Below, in pieces: positions 1 to 13,768 of a DNA stretch of 64,000 bases (positions within the stretch are counted from its first letter, which is position 1; every line of letters starts with the position of its first letter). Source of the DNA: Eledone cirrhosa (taxonomy: Eukaryota). The notes beneath the pieces were generated by a model. That model did not search any database and had not been told where the DNA came from. It was given only the letters and a program-made list of their open reading frames with translations. The stretch covers positions 65,286,001 to 65,350,000 of the forward strand of contig OZ024746.1 in the NCBI GenBank assembly GCA_964016885.1, in the 5' to 3' direction. The translations under genes were made by a program, and so were the position numbers.

Positions 1-330
1 CACTTTTCTGTGGAGCAGAAAGTGAACTGATTTGAAAATGTTCAGGATTTTCTAGAAAGGCTTGAAATTGCACCAAATTTCTTGGATAAAGTAATAATAG
101 AAAATATATCATGGGTTTTCAAGTGTAATCCAGATGTAGAATGGCAAAGTGCAGATTGGCACACAAAAAAATTCTCCGCATGCGAAGAAAGCACACATAA
201 TTTTTTTTACAGCTGTGATATTGTTCACAAGGAATTTTTACCTCCAGGACAGACAGTTAGTCATACTTTTTACAACCATATCTTGGAATGAGTTTGAAAC
301 CTCATATTTGGATTTGGATATTTAAAACTC
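1..330 (+). pseudogene. Degenerate mariner (Tc1/mariner) transposase fragment
   Basis: ORF 82-291 reads DKVI.ENISWVF...QSADWHT...IVHKEFLPPGQTV..TFY, a decayed form of the mariner TGDESW...IVHKEF.P.GQTVN..FY block. Confidence 0.75.
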
Positions 331-488
331 CATTGCTTAATACAATTGTGGTAGATTTGGCAGCAATTTCTTGCTGGCTGAGCATATATATATAGTGGAT
401 CCTACTTTGAGTTGTACAAGTTCAATTGCAATGTTGATAGTTGCTCACCAGTGACTAGCAGAAAATATCAATCCTTGTTCAAAAATGG

Positions 489-700
489 TTTCTGATATAG
501 ACACAAGTTAAAACATTTGGGGAGAATGAAAAGTTGATTAAACTGACCCCAGTGCATTAATGGTACTTTACTTTTATCAACTCCATAAGGATAAAAGGCA
601 AAGCTAACCTTGCAAGGATTTGAACTCAGCACGTAAAAGGCCAAGACTCTATGCTGTGAAACATGGTGTCCAACACTCTACTGACACTACCAATCCACAG
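489..700 (-). mobile_element. tRNA-derived SINE family 1, diverged copy
   Basis: reverse complement matches copies at 15795 and 51146 (B-box GAGTTCAAATCC, core TTTGCCTTTTATCCTTA...AAAGTACCA). Confidence 0.8.
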
Positions 701-1096
701 TCCACATCCTTGTTTATTAATGGTAGACGATTTCTAAATTAGTTATAATATTTTACATTAACAAAACCCTGAAATCAAGTGAAGGATCAATTCTTTTTTA
801 GTTACATTATTCAAAATTATTTTGAAATAGTAAAAATTAAAGTTTTATAAAAAGATGCATATGAATCATATAAACTTCTGGGATATTAGAAATAATCTGT
901 AATTCAAATTCTGTTGTTTGGAAAAGTTAAGCTACACTGAGAACTTTTGTATTTAATTTGTCAATGAACATCTGCTGCTTCTGTCCCATTGGACTACACT
1001 GAAGATCTTTCAAAATTATAACTATGCGCACACGTCCTCAAGCATGATGAAAGAAAGAGAGGTATATATATATATATGTATAAGTAAACACACACA

Positions 1097-1156
<60 letters not shown>

Positions 1157-1207
1157 TCTCTCTTTCATTCTCTCACTCTCTCTGTATATATCTATATATG
1201 CATATAT

Positions 1208-1551
1208 AGATTTAAAAGAATTGAAGTGAGTGTTGCAGAATATGTACAAACTTTATTGGCATATTACAATTGTTTCAATATCAATCAGCTCAGGGTACAA
1301 TCATGATAATGGGGCCGGACTCTTTTTTGACATTTCATCAGATACGTGGGTTCATATGTGTAAAGACAAATATAAACTTTTAGATGTATCTTTGCATATA
1401 AAAACTCACATATCTGACGAGATGTCGGAAAAGAGTCAGGTCACATTATCTTGACTGTTTGACTCTGAGCTGATTGATATTGAAAAAAATTGTAATATGC
1501 CAATAAAGTTTGTATAAATGCTACAACACTGACTTTGGTTCTTTTAAATCT
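1208..1551. mobile_element. ~340-bp fold-back (whole-length inverted repeat) MITE
   Basis: left arm agatttaaaagaa...acaaactttattggcatattacaat...gacatttcatcagata is the imperfect reverse complement of the right arm tatctgacgagatgtc...attgtaatatgccaataaagtttgt...ttcttttaaatct. Confidence 0.8.
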
Positions 1552-1679
1552 TTTTACACTCTGTGAACTACAGCTACCTTAACTCTAGAATACAGCCCAA
1601 ATGAGACAGGCATCATAACAGCACTGAATGCTTCGAATAGCACGCCTACTGTAACTATTGTCACACACCTAACTAACAT

Positions 1680-1893
1680 ATATGCATATACATTTATACC
1701 TATATATATATATGTATATATATATAAATGTACATATTTATGCATATATGTATATATATATTCATATGTATATTTATATGCATATATATATATGTATATT
1801 TGTATGTATATATATATAAATATATATATATATGTAAATATATATACATATATATATATATATAAATATATATAAATATATATATATATGTAA

Positions 1894-1962
<69 letters not shown>

Positions 1963-2045
1963 TATATACATATATATATACATATATACATATGTATATA
2001 CACATATATATACATATATATATATATATACATATGTATACACAC

Positions 2046-2094
<49 letters not shown>

Positions 2095-2176
2095 CACACA
2101 TGTATATATATATATACATATATATATATACACACATGTATATATATATATATACATATATATATACACACACACA

Positions 2177-2208
<32 letters not shown>

Positions 2209-2551
2209 CACACACATATATATATATATATACAGACACATATACATTTACATATTAGGCTTCCATTCTTCTATTCTCTACAGACTACCGAATGATGCAA
2301 TATTGTTTACAAGGAAAAAGTCTTAGAGTAATAAATTATTTTCAATTACATTAATACAATTGAGCATAACAAAGCATTCAGCATAGAAACTGACTTCCAA
2401 ATTCCCCCAATATATCTCTAAAGAAAGCTAAGACATTGAACAGGAACATGGTTTAATAAAGTGTGCAAGTATACATATGCATGCACACACAATGCACACA
2501 TTCATACGCAATCATACACACACACATATATATATATATACACACATATAT

Positions 2552-2606
<55 letters not shown>

Positions 2607-2651
2607 TACATATATATATATATTTATATATATACATAGATACATATATAC

Positions 2652-2683
<32 letters not shown>

Positions 2684-2754
2684 TTATATATATACATAAA
2701 TACATATATACATATATATATATAGATACATATATACATATATACATATATATG

Positions 2755-2793
<39 letters not shown>
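1680..2793. repeat. (TA)n/(CA)n compound microsatellite blocks (1680-2255, 2470-2793)
   Basis: directly visible; source of the YI-repeat ORFs. Confidence 0.95.
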
Positions 2794-3400
2794 GTCAGGT
2801 CACCAGTTGGTGCTACTGGTAACATGTATCCCAGTACAACCTGTCTCATGGTCGGGTCGTTGGCGACTAAACTGGCAACCCCACCAATATTTTTTGGTGA
2901 GGAGGGTGACTTTGGACATCCTGCAGGACTAAAAACAAAACCTGTCAAAGGGAAAAAGAGCTCTTAAGAGTCAATGGCAATCCAAAATCACCGGGAGAGA
3001 TGACCCCTTAGCCTTTGTCAAGGCAGAATTCTAGGAGAAGTAAAACTCTGATATAACACCTGCAACTCTGATGGTATCCAATGATGTTGACTTGTTCTTC
3101 TTTTTGGTAAATATCATCTTGGTTAAGAGAATGGGACTGGCTTTGTGCAGTGCCTTTGCTCACTATAAAAGCTTCACGGCACAGGCATTGCTTTGTATCT
3201 GGAGATCTCTCTGCACTTGTCATCACATGGTACCATGTGCCCAGCACTATGTGTCAATAATTGTCACAAGTGTAGTGTTTGTACCAGAGCTTTCAAGTCG
3301 CTGGCTGGACTAAAAAGTCACACTTGTTCAGCGCATCGGTAAGGGTTCTCCTACATGGATATAAAGTAGTGGCCGTACTCGAAAACGAGTTGGCAGCCAT
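2794..3400. mobile_element. Retroelement-derived fragment between TA tracts; 2794-3080 resembles an RTE-type 5' UTR
   Basis: higher-GC island with sharp (TA)n borders; CTAGGAGAAGTAAAACTCTGA resembles a motif recalled from RTE 5' regions. Confidence 0.4.
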
Positions 3401-3406
3401 CATATA

Positions 3407-5583
<2,177 letters not shown>

Positions 5584-5668
5584 ACTTTGAATAACTTTGA
5601 AATGTTTTGGCCAGTATTGGCCCAGGCCATGTCTAACTTAATAGCACCACCTGGCGAAGTCTTTCAAT

Positions 5669-8600
5669 TCAGGATTTGGGCACCATGGCCCATTCGAGAA
5701 GAGAATTACTGTTTGCGGAGACATATCCGGGTGTGGGTGGTTTGTCCGGGATTACTTGGAGGAATTTGTCCAAAGACTTCTTGAATTTTGTGTGGTCAGT
5801 TTCTGTTTTGACGTATCCTGGTGTGATGTTGAAGAGAGCAGGGCCGATTGAGGTGAAATAATTGTGCCGTATTGTTGTTATGAGTTGCGATTTAGATTTT
5901 TGAATGGGACGGATAGCACGGGGCCCAAGCCTTGGGTGTATCTTGAAGGCGATGCCAACATCATTTGGGCAGTGATGATGGAACATTTTCCACATCATGC
6001 AGATAATATAACGCTCACGGCGACGTTGGAGTGAGTAAAGTTTCAGGTTTTCTAATCGACCCCAGTAGTCAAGGTCTGACATGCCATCTATCTTTTTCGT
6101 GATTGCCCTTTGAGGAGCTTCAAGTTTCATGATACTTTGTTTCGTGTGGGGAGACCACAGTGGACAACAGTATTCAAGGTGTGGTCAGGCGAAAGTAGAG
6201 AAGAGAAGGATAATGGTGCGGGAATCTCTCGACTGGAAGGTTCTGAGGATCCAGGAACACATTCTGCGGGCCATGTCAACTTTGCTGCTTATATGCGTGG
6301 TCCAGCTTATGTTGCTGTCCACGGTTACTCCCAAGTCTCTGATGTTGTTAGATGCCACGAGAGTTTCCCCGGAGGGAAGGGAGTACGGGAGTTTCAGAGC
6401 ATCCTCTTTTCCAAAGTGGATCAGTTCGAATTTGTCTTCGTTCAGTAACATGTTGTTCTTTTCTGCCCATTGGGTAACAGCCAGTAGGTCTGACTGAAGG
6501 CTTATCCGGTCATCCACGCCATTGATGACCTTTTGGAGCTTGGAATCATCAGCGAAAATTTTAATGTTGCTGTGTTTGATGATGTCAGTGATGTCATTAA
6601 TATAGATGATGAAGAGAAGTGGGCCCAACACAGTGCCTTGTGGGACCCCACTACTGACTTTGGCTGGGCTTGATTTGACTCCCTCAACTACAACATGTTG
6701 GGTTCTGTTTGACAGGAAGCTCTTGATCCATTGCAGCAGCTTTCCAGTGACACCAATATTGGACAGCTTTCTCAGTAGAATGTTATGATCAACCCTGTCA
6801 AAGGCCTTGCTGAAATCAAGGTAGATAACATCAGTGTTGGAACCCTCTCCCAAGGCTCTCAAAATGTCATCAAAGTGATGCAGTAGCTGCGTCAGGCAAT
6901 CCCTTCCATTACGGAATCCATGCTGGTTGGAGTTCAGCATATTGTTACTCTCAAGGAAGTGGGTCATTCGCGATCTCACCACTCGCTCAAATACCTTAAT
7001 GATATGAGAGGTGAGTGAGATTGGACGGTAATTCACGGCAAGGGATTTGTTTCCCTTTTTGAAAACTGGGACAACAGACTGGGATAGAAGGTTTTCTGGC
7101 ACATATCCAGCATCCAGTGAGTTCCGCCACAGATTGGCAAGAGGAGATGCAAGTTGGTGTTGACACGCCTTCAAGACACAAGCAGGGAACCTATCGGGAC
7201 CTACTGCTGAATTATGCTTGATTTCCTTTATTGCCGCCAAGACATCAGGGGCGCCAAACGTTATGTCCGATAAGGTGTAATGGGGAGTAACATCGCCGAT
7301 ACAGCCCAGATCGGCCATATCAGGATTGCTGAAAACAGAGCAGTATTGTTTCTGCAGTATCTCACCCATGGTTTTAGCATTGTCTTGAAGAGTGCCATTT
7401 TCATCAATTAGAGGGCCAACAGTAGAGCCAGTGATTTTGTGTTTTTTTGCAAATGAAAAGAACACTTTGGGATTGAGTTTGATCTTCTCAATGGCCCAGG
7501 CCTCTTCAGCTCTTCTCTGATTGTTGATGAGGGACATTATGTTGTTTTGGAGGTTATGTTTTTTAATCTCTAGTGCTGAAATGGCAGTCAAGTTGATGTG
7601 TTGCTGCTGACAGTATTTCAGCTTGTTGATTTTTTTGTTCGTTCTCTTAATTTTTCTGATGAGCGTTTTTCTATTTCTAGGGATTCTGCTCTTAGATTTG
7701 TTTATAGTTCTTAATGGGGTGTGTTTAGCACATATGTTTGTAACAGTGTCCACAAATGTCTGCCAGGACTTTTTGATGTTAGTGGGTGTATGAGTGTGCG
7801 TGAAGGACCAGTCGACATGTGCAAGATCATGACTGATCGCTTCCCAGTTTGCATTGTGGAAATCCATAGCGTCAAACGGATGGACAGGAGAGATGACATT
7901 GGGTTTGTATATTGGACGGTGGAATCTCAGATCACAGAGAACCATGACATGATCAGAGAGTAAAGTTTTCTCCACTGCAATATTGTGGATATTGTCAGTG
8001 TGATTGCTGAAAATTAAGTCTAGGACGTTTTTGTGGCACCTCGTTGGTTCGAGCACCAGTTGGGATAGGAAGAAATCATCCATGAAGTCAAGAAGCGATT
8101 CCACAGCTTCCCTGTCAGAGGTTGAGGCAGAAGAACCTGGTGGCAGGCTGTTTGTGGACCAGTCAACTCCGGGGAGGTTGAAGTCCCCCATCATTAAGAT
8201 GTTGTCAGGGTGACACTCTTGGATGAAACACTTTATGCTGTTGAGGCATTCCTTGAAGCATGGTACAGGCGTTTGGGGTGGCCTATAGAGCCCAACTACT
8301 AATAGGTTGTTGGTTTGACGGAATACAGTGACTGCCTCACAGTATCCATTAGTGAATATGTTCATAGCCTCTGTTGAGAAAGAATTATGGACATAAATGG
8401 CAGTTCCGCCCTTTCTTCTGCCAGCGCGATCAGCACGGATGGCTTTGAAATTTTTCACTTTCACCTCGGCTTCCAAGTGGAGGTTACTGAGATGGGTTTC
8501 AGTGAGGACGAAGAAAGGGATGTGGTTTGGATGGACATCAATCCAGTCCTCCAGGAATTTGATCTTCCATTTTTGAGTATTGGTGGAAGGGCTGATGCCT

Positions 8601-8689
8601 TGGGCGTTAAGCAAAAATGTAGAGGCGAGAGTGGATGGTTTTAATTGTTTTGGTGTGTTGTTAATTTGTTTGTTTGTTAATGGCAGCAA
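5669..8689 (-). pseudogene. LINE ORF2 (APE endonuclease + reverse transcriptase) with one in-frame stop at 6185-6187
   Basis: APE motifs LNAQG, TETHL, YRPP, GDFNLP, LDLIF, SDH; RT motifs YRPISLTS, QHGFR, YLDFSKAFDRV, GVPQGTVLGP, FADD; reads F-A-TGA-PHLEYC and continues in frame into ORF 5669-6130 (LYSLQRRRER). Confidence 0.93.
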
Positions 8690-9867
8690 TGGGAGTTTGT
8701 GCAGTGGGGTGATAGTGGAGGGTGGTGCTGGGTGATAGCTCGAATGTTTTTTTCCAGTTCTTTTGCCAGATTCATTATGGCTAAAAAAGAGGAAGAAGTT
8801 TCCTGTTTAGAAGACTGTTGGTGACTGTGGTAGTGGTTATTTTTATGTAGGTTATGGTTTTTGTTTTTGCTTTTATTTTTAATTTTATTTTCATTTGTCC
8901 GACGGGTCCCCGGGAGATGGGTAAAGGGACAATCCCGGTCTAAACACAATCTGTCTCGCAGGGAAAAACGGCAGATTTGTGGATTCCTTGTTTGAGTTAT
9001 TGGTGGTTGTGTTGGTGTTAAATTAGAGTATGTATTATGGTGGTGGCTGTTTGTGGGGATAGATCGTTTTGTCCTAGGTAAATGGGTGAATTTGCAGCCA
9101 CTATCCGTACATATTCTATAGCGTAGAGAGTAGCGGCAAATGATGGGGTTTCGAGTGGGTGGGTATGTGGGTGTGTGTGTTGTGAGAGGTGTAGATGATG
9201 GTTTGGGTAGGATTTGACGACCTTTGTGGACTGTGGGAGGGAGAGTTCTTGTACTGGTATTAGAAGGTAAATTCCTTGACATAGCAGTAGACAAAAATGT
9301 TGCAGTAGTAGTAGTAGTAGTAGGCAGAGATGTTGGCAGTGGTGATGATTGGACTGCTGGGCCAGAGAAAGGATGTGGCGTTTCATGCTGTGAGACAGAG
9401 GCTACTGGGGGGTCAATAGTTTCATTTAGTAGATCGGCCATTGTTGATGAATCAAGGAGTGGTTCACACTGTTGTTGTTGTTGTTGTTGGTGTTGGTGTT
9501 GGTGTTGTTGTTGTTGCTGCTGCTGCTGCTGCTGCTGTTGCTGATGTTGATGTTGTAGCTGTTGTTGTTGTTGCTGTTGTAGCTGCTGTTGTTGTTGTTG
9601 CTGCTGCTGGACGGCATTCGAAGAGAAAACACACCGTAGTTTATCCAAATGTTTATTGATTAATTTAAAAGCAATTTCGATTTGCTTTAATTTATTTTGA
9701 ATCTGTTGTTCAGATCGAGTTTTCAAAAATTGAACTGTACGTTTAGCAATGTCGTTCAGAGATGAAGCATCTATATCTTCTGTTTGGGAAAGGCAATGCC
9801 ATGTGTTTATTAGAATGTCGATTTCATTATCAGACCAGTTCTGTTTGGATTTTTGCTGGTTAGCCAT
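8677..9867 (-). CDS. LINE ORF1, 396 aa: Myb/SANT-like N-terminus, polyQ/H tract, two CCCH zinc fingers
   Basis: ATG-initiated intact ORF directly upstream of ORF2; WSDNEIDILINTW...RSEQQIQNKLKQI; CRYSLRYRICTDSGCKFTH and CRFSLRDRLCLDRDCPFTH. Confidence 0.85.
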   Translation of the reverse strand: MANQQKSKQNWSDNEIDILINTWHCLSQTEDIDASSLNDIAKRTVQFLKTRSEQQIQNKLKQIEIAFKLINKHLDKLRCVFSSNAVQQQQQQQQQLQQQQQQQLQHQHQQQQQQQQQQQQQHQHQHQQQQQQQCEPLLDSSTMADLLNETIDPPVASVSQHETPHPFSGPAVQSSPLPTSLPTTTTTTATFLSTAMSRNLPSNTSTRTLPPTVHKGRQILPKPSSTPLTTHTPTYPPTRNPIICRYSLRYRICTDSGCKFTHLPRTKRSIPTNSHHHNTYSNLTPTQPPITQTRNPQICRFSLRDRLCLDRDCPFTHLPGTRRTNENKIKNKSKNKNHNLHKNNHYHSHQQSSKQETSSSFLAIMNLAKELEKNIRAITQHHPPLSPHCTNSHCCH

Positions 9868-10264
9868 TCTAGTTTTGAGTGTGTGTGTGTTTTAGTTAAG
9901 TATTTCAATATATATATATTTTTTTAAAATTTATTTTTGATTTATTTTTGTTTTTTGTTTTTCTTGTGTGTGAGTGAGAAGAGTATATATATAAATATGA
10001 GTATATATATATATATATATGTATATTCTGGTTATTTGAAATTAATTAAGTTAATGAAAAGACGAAAGTATATAATAATAATTTGTAGTTAAAGGAAAAT
10101 GTACTCACAAGTTCGAAAACATGTGGTTTCAAATATATAATAATATAGATGTATGTAAATGTATTAACCGGTCAATTTTCAAATATATAATAATCTATAT
10201 ATATATATATACACATATATATATATATACATATATATATATACATACACATATATATATACAT

Positions 10265-10480
<216 letters not shown>

Positions 10481-10654
10481 AACAACAAACAGAGGAACAA
10501 ATATTCTTTTTAGTTTCATGCTTTATATGAAAAGGGGGAAAAAAGTTCAACATGCCAGGCTTTAGCCTTTCTTCAGGGGCAGGAAAGGTTAGATGCAAGA
10601 TCGCAAAGGGTAGATACAGAAAATAAAAGTAAAGTAAAAAACAAAAAAAAACTA

Positions 10655-10742
<88 letters not shown>

Positions 10743-11015
10743 ATGTATGCATGTATGTGTACAATATAGAAATTACTTTGACACAAGTCTAGAACTGTTT
10801 CATACAAATAAAACAGTTCTATTCTTGTAGAAGTCCTTTCTATATAAAATAAATATGCTTATTCTCTATTAATTTATCATTCTTTATTATATACATTGAG
10901 ATATATAGACCTTTATTTGATGATTAGGCATAAAATAGTTACCATTTCCATCCCCTAACATTTTCTATCATCTCTACCATGATATCTTATTCACTTGATG
11001 CTAATATTATTTCAG

Positions 11016-11178
11016 ACCATTCAAAGACCCACAACTTCATTCCCAGTTAAATCAGATTCTAGCACTTCTCTTCTATGGATTGGTCCCAATTCTGCATGGC
11101 AAAACAACTATTACTATGACTTCGATTACAAATGGTTTCTTTGAAGCTCGATGGTTGTCTTTAGAAGAAGAAATAAAG
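11016..11178 (+). CDS. INTU: Inturned (INTU) internal coding exon A: (x)PFKDPQLHSQLNQILALLFY...FFEARWLSLEEEIK
   Basis: ttttcag acceptor ending 11015, AAG|gt donor; 163 nt open frame; RWLSLEEEIK resembles vertebrate INTU RWLTLPLEIK as recalled; ends in phase 0, matching the next exon. Confidence 0.82.
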
Positions 11179-11757
11179 GTTTGTAGCAGCTAATTCATCT
11201 TTATTTTCTTTCTTATATACATATGTATATCATGAGCATCATTTTAACATTCGCTTTCATATGGCAAGCATTGGACGGGTCTATATAGATTAAAGCAGTA
11301 CTGAAGCAGGGCTACTGACTTCCTAGACAGGTCAGTGATCTGCATATCGCTTATGTGTGGTCTCATATTCTACCAAGTGTACAGGAGTGGTTGTCATGAC
11401 TTTCATGACAACTATAGGCAAAAATCCTGTTCTTTTGCATACTAATCCACATAACCAGTTGTTACAGCATCAATTGAGTGAAAGGAAAATGTTTTCATAT
11501 ATAGATTGAACTCAAATCTGCATATTAAATAGAATAGAAAAGTCCTTGACACATCATCACTGTTGTTTCTACACTCTGGTAGTTACTTACAGTTCAGAAG
11601 ACTGGGTTATTTCAATGTTGTGTTTTAACCACATACACAGCAGAAAGGTGAACATATGAACTGTCAACAATTGCTTGGTTGGTTGCTTGTTATTGTATGC
11701 ACTCAAACAACAGCACACTCTTTTAAACTTTTTAAACAGAATATTATTTTGTTTCAG

Positions 11758-11811
11758 TTGATGTTTGATGAAATTCTCAGTAGCTTTGAATCTGGAGATT
11801 TTGTTTCCCAA
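11758..11811 (+). CDS. INTU: INTU exon B (54 nt): LMFDEILSSFESGDFVSQ
   Basis: ttttgtttcag acceptor, gtaagt donor, phase 0-0; resembles INTU MELDMALSDLEAADF. Confidence 0.85.
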
Positions 11812-11898
11812 GTAAGTATCATATTCATTTATTTGAATTAAACAAAAAAATTTTCAGAGCTTGGGAAATGGAAAATTTTGTTTTACTTTTTTAAAACG

Positions 11899-12160
11899 TG
11901 GAAGTGCATGGCCTAGTGGTAAAGGTGTTGGACTTACAATCATAATTTTGTGGGTTTGATTCCTGGGTGTGTTGTGTTCTTGATCAAAACATTTTACATT
12001 GCTTGAGTATACTCAGCTGAAAATGAATACCATCAATAGCTGGGGGTATAACCCTGTGATGGACTGTCCAGGGGAGAGTCTTGTACACTCAGTTGCTCCA
12101 TTCCATGAATCTGGGATAAACACTGGCCTAACGAGACTTAAATAGCTTAAGACAGACTTT
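11899..12160 (+). mobile_element. tRNA-derived SINE family 2
   Basis: A-box TGGCCTAGTGG, B-box-like GGTTTGATTCC, then tgtgttcttgatcaaaacat...actcagctg, shared with copies at 49270, 56430 and 63583. Confidence 0.75.
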
Positions 12161-12793
12161 AGACTTTTATGAAAAGAGATACATTACTCTGAATTTGCAC
12201 ATAGAATACATTGAAACATGTAAACTATTTTGGTACTCATATCTTTTGACCACATTTTGCACCAGATTATAGAAATATTTTGCATTGTATTTACAAACTC
12301 TGCACTAAGCAAAATGAGCAATATTCTTGTTTTCTTTTTCTCACTTGGAGATAATTAATAATTGATATTGTGGTTACACAAATAATAAGTTGCCATTTCT
12401 TAGACATAAAAATTGTATTTGTTTATACTGTTTTTTTTTATACAAGGCATAAAAGATAAAAAGACATGAACTTTGCTCCATAATCTGAGAATACCAACTG
12501 TAATATGGCTCATAAAAATATATTTATTTATCCTACATCAGAAGCTTCCATATGATTTATAAGACTATAGTTCTACACTAATTTTTTTATACAAGATAAC
12601 ATGTTACCCATGCATGCAAATTTCCTCTTTCTACATCCCCATTGTTGTCCAAATGAAAGGCAAAGGTCAATAAATTTTGGCACCATGTTGTCTGAGGCAT
12701 TGCCAGAAGGAATCAGAGTAGATAGTGCAAAGCCTTTTGCCCAACCTGGCACCACTTTTACCAATGCCACACTCTGTACTGGTGCTCTAGTAA

Positions 12794-13104
12794 TCTATAT
12801 ATCTAAAACAGAGAATGTCTGACTGACTCCCTAACATTCGAGAACCACCCAACAAAATTTTTTCAATCTTTACACATGTAATACTTATGGTCGTGTGAGT
12901 GTTTTGAGCAAAAATTATTTCCAATTTTCAATGAACTAGGGACCGCATTAGGCGCTGTTTAGTGATCTCTTTCTGTCTTTCTTAGTCTGTCTTTTCAGAT
13001 AGATACATAGTTATGATGTTGCACCCTTAAAATATCTGTCTGTATGTCTGGTGTCTGCATTATGACATTATGACACTATCTGTGTGTGTATATATGTATA
13101 TATA

Positions 13105-13135
<31 letters not shown>

Positions 13136-13608
13136 GTGTGTAACGTTTTTCGAAATATTTACTTCTGCGTTCACAGATTGAATTTTTTAGTTTCCGAAGA
13201 TCCCGTTAAGGGTGAAAGCAGCGATTCTTCACTTAAACTTTAATATATATATATATTTATATAATTATATATTCATGTACAGATATTTTTGCATACACAA
13301 TAACAAAATATAAACAAACGTATTTATTTCACGAGGCTCGATAAGGATAAATATATATCAAATCTATAAGAACCCTAGAGCAAATATTGTTCTCATTGCT
13401 GACGTATTATCTTTGCTAATTTTCTGTTCATTGCTGCCCAATTAAGTTAAACCCCTGGTAATCAACGACAATTTTTTTTATAAGCACAAAATGTAGACAC
13501 CATCCCAAGGCTGAAGTATTCCGTACTTCTCTGTACTATTCCAGAAATGAGGGATAGACATGCCAATCTATGTTTAGAATCCCGAGCAACACCGGGGCAT
13601 TCTGCTAG
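12794..13608 (+). mobile_element. Non-autonomous Helitron
   Basis: 5' TCTATATATCTAAA, subterminal hairpin CCCG..CGGG (cccgagcaacaccgggg), 3' CTAG, inserted between A(12793) and T(13609) with no TSD. Confidence 0.8.
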
Positions 13609-13737
13609 TCTATCTTAAATAGATGAAAGAAAGTTAATGTCAGAGTAATTTGAAGTGCAAAGGGTCAGAACGATTGCTACAAGGCATTATACCTGGCCCT
13701 TTAATGACCCTACTAATTTGCAACATATTAGCATGAT

Positions 13738-13768
<31 letters not shown>

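Noticed and set aside
2284-2330. Possible upstream INTU exon after ttctctacag
   Set aside because: No INTU-like translation and no good donor; two of three frames stop quickly.
2830-2880. HDV-like ribozyme at the RTE-type 5' end (CCAGT...ACC-TGTCTCAT-GGT...CTAA-ACTGG)
   Set aside because: P2/P3-like pairings are visible, but P1/P1.1 could not be built with canonical spacing; needs a descriptor search.
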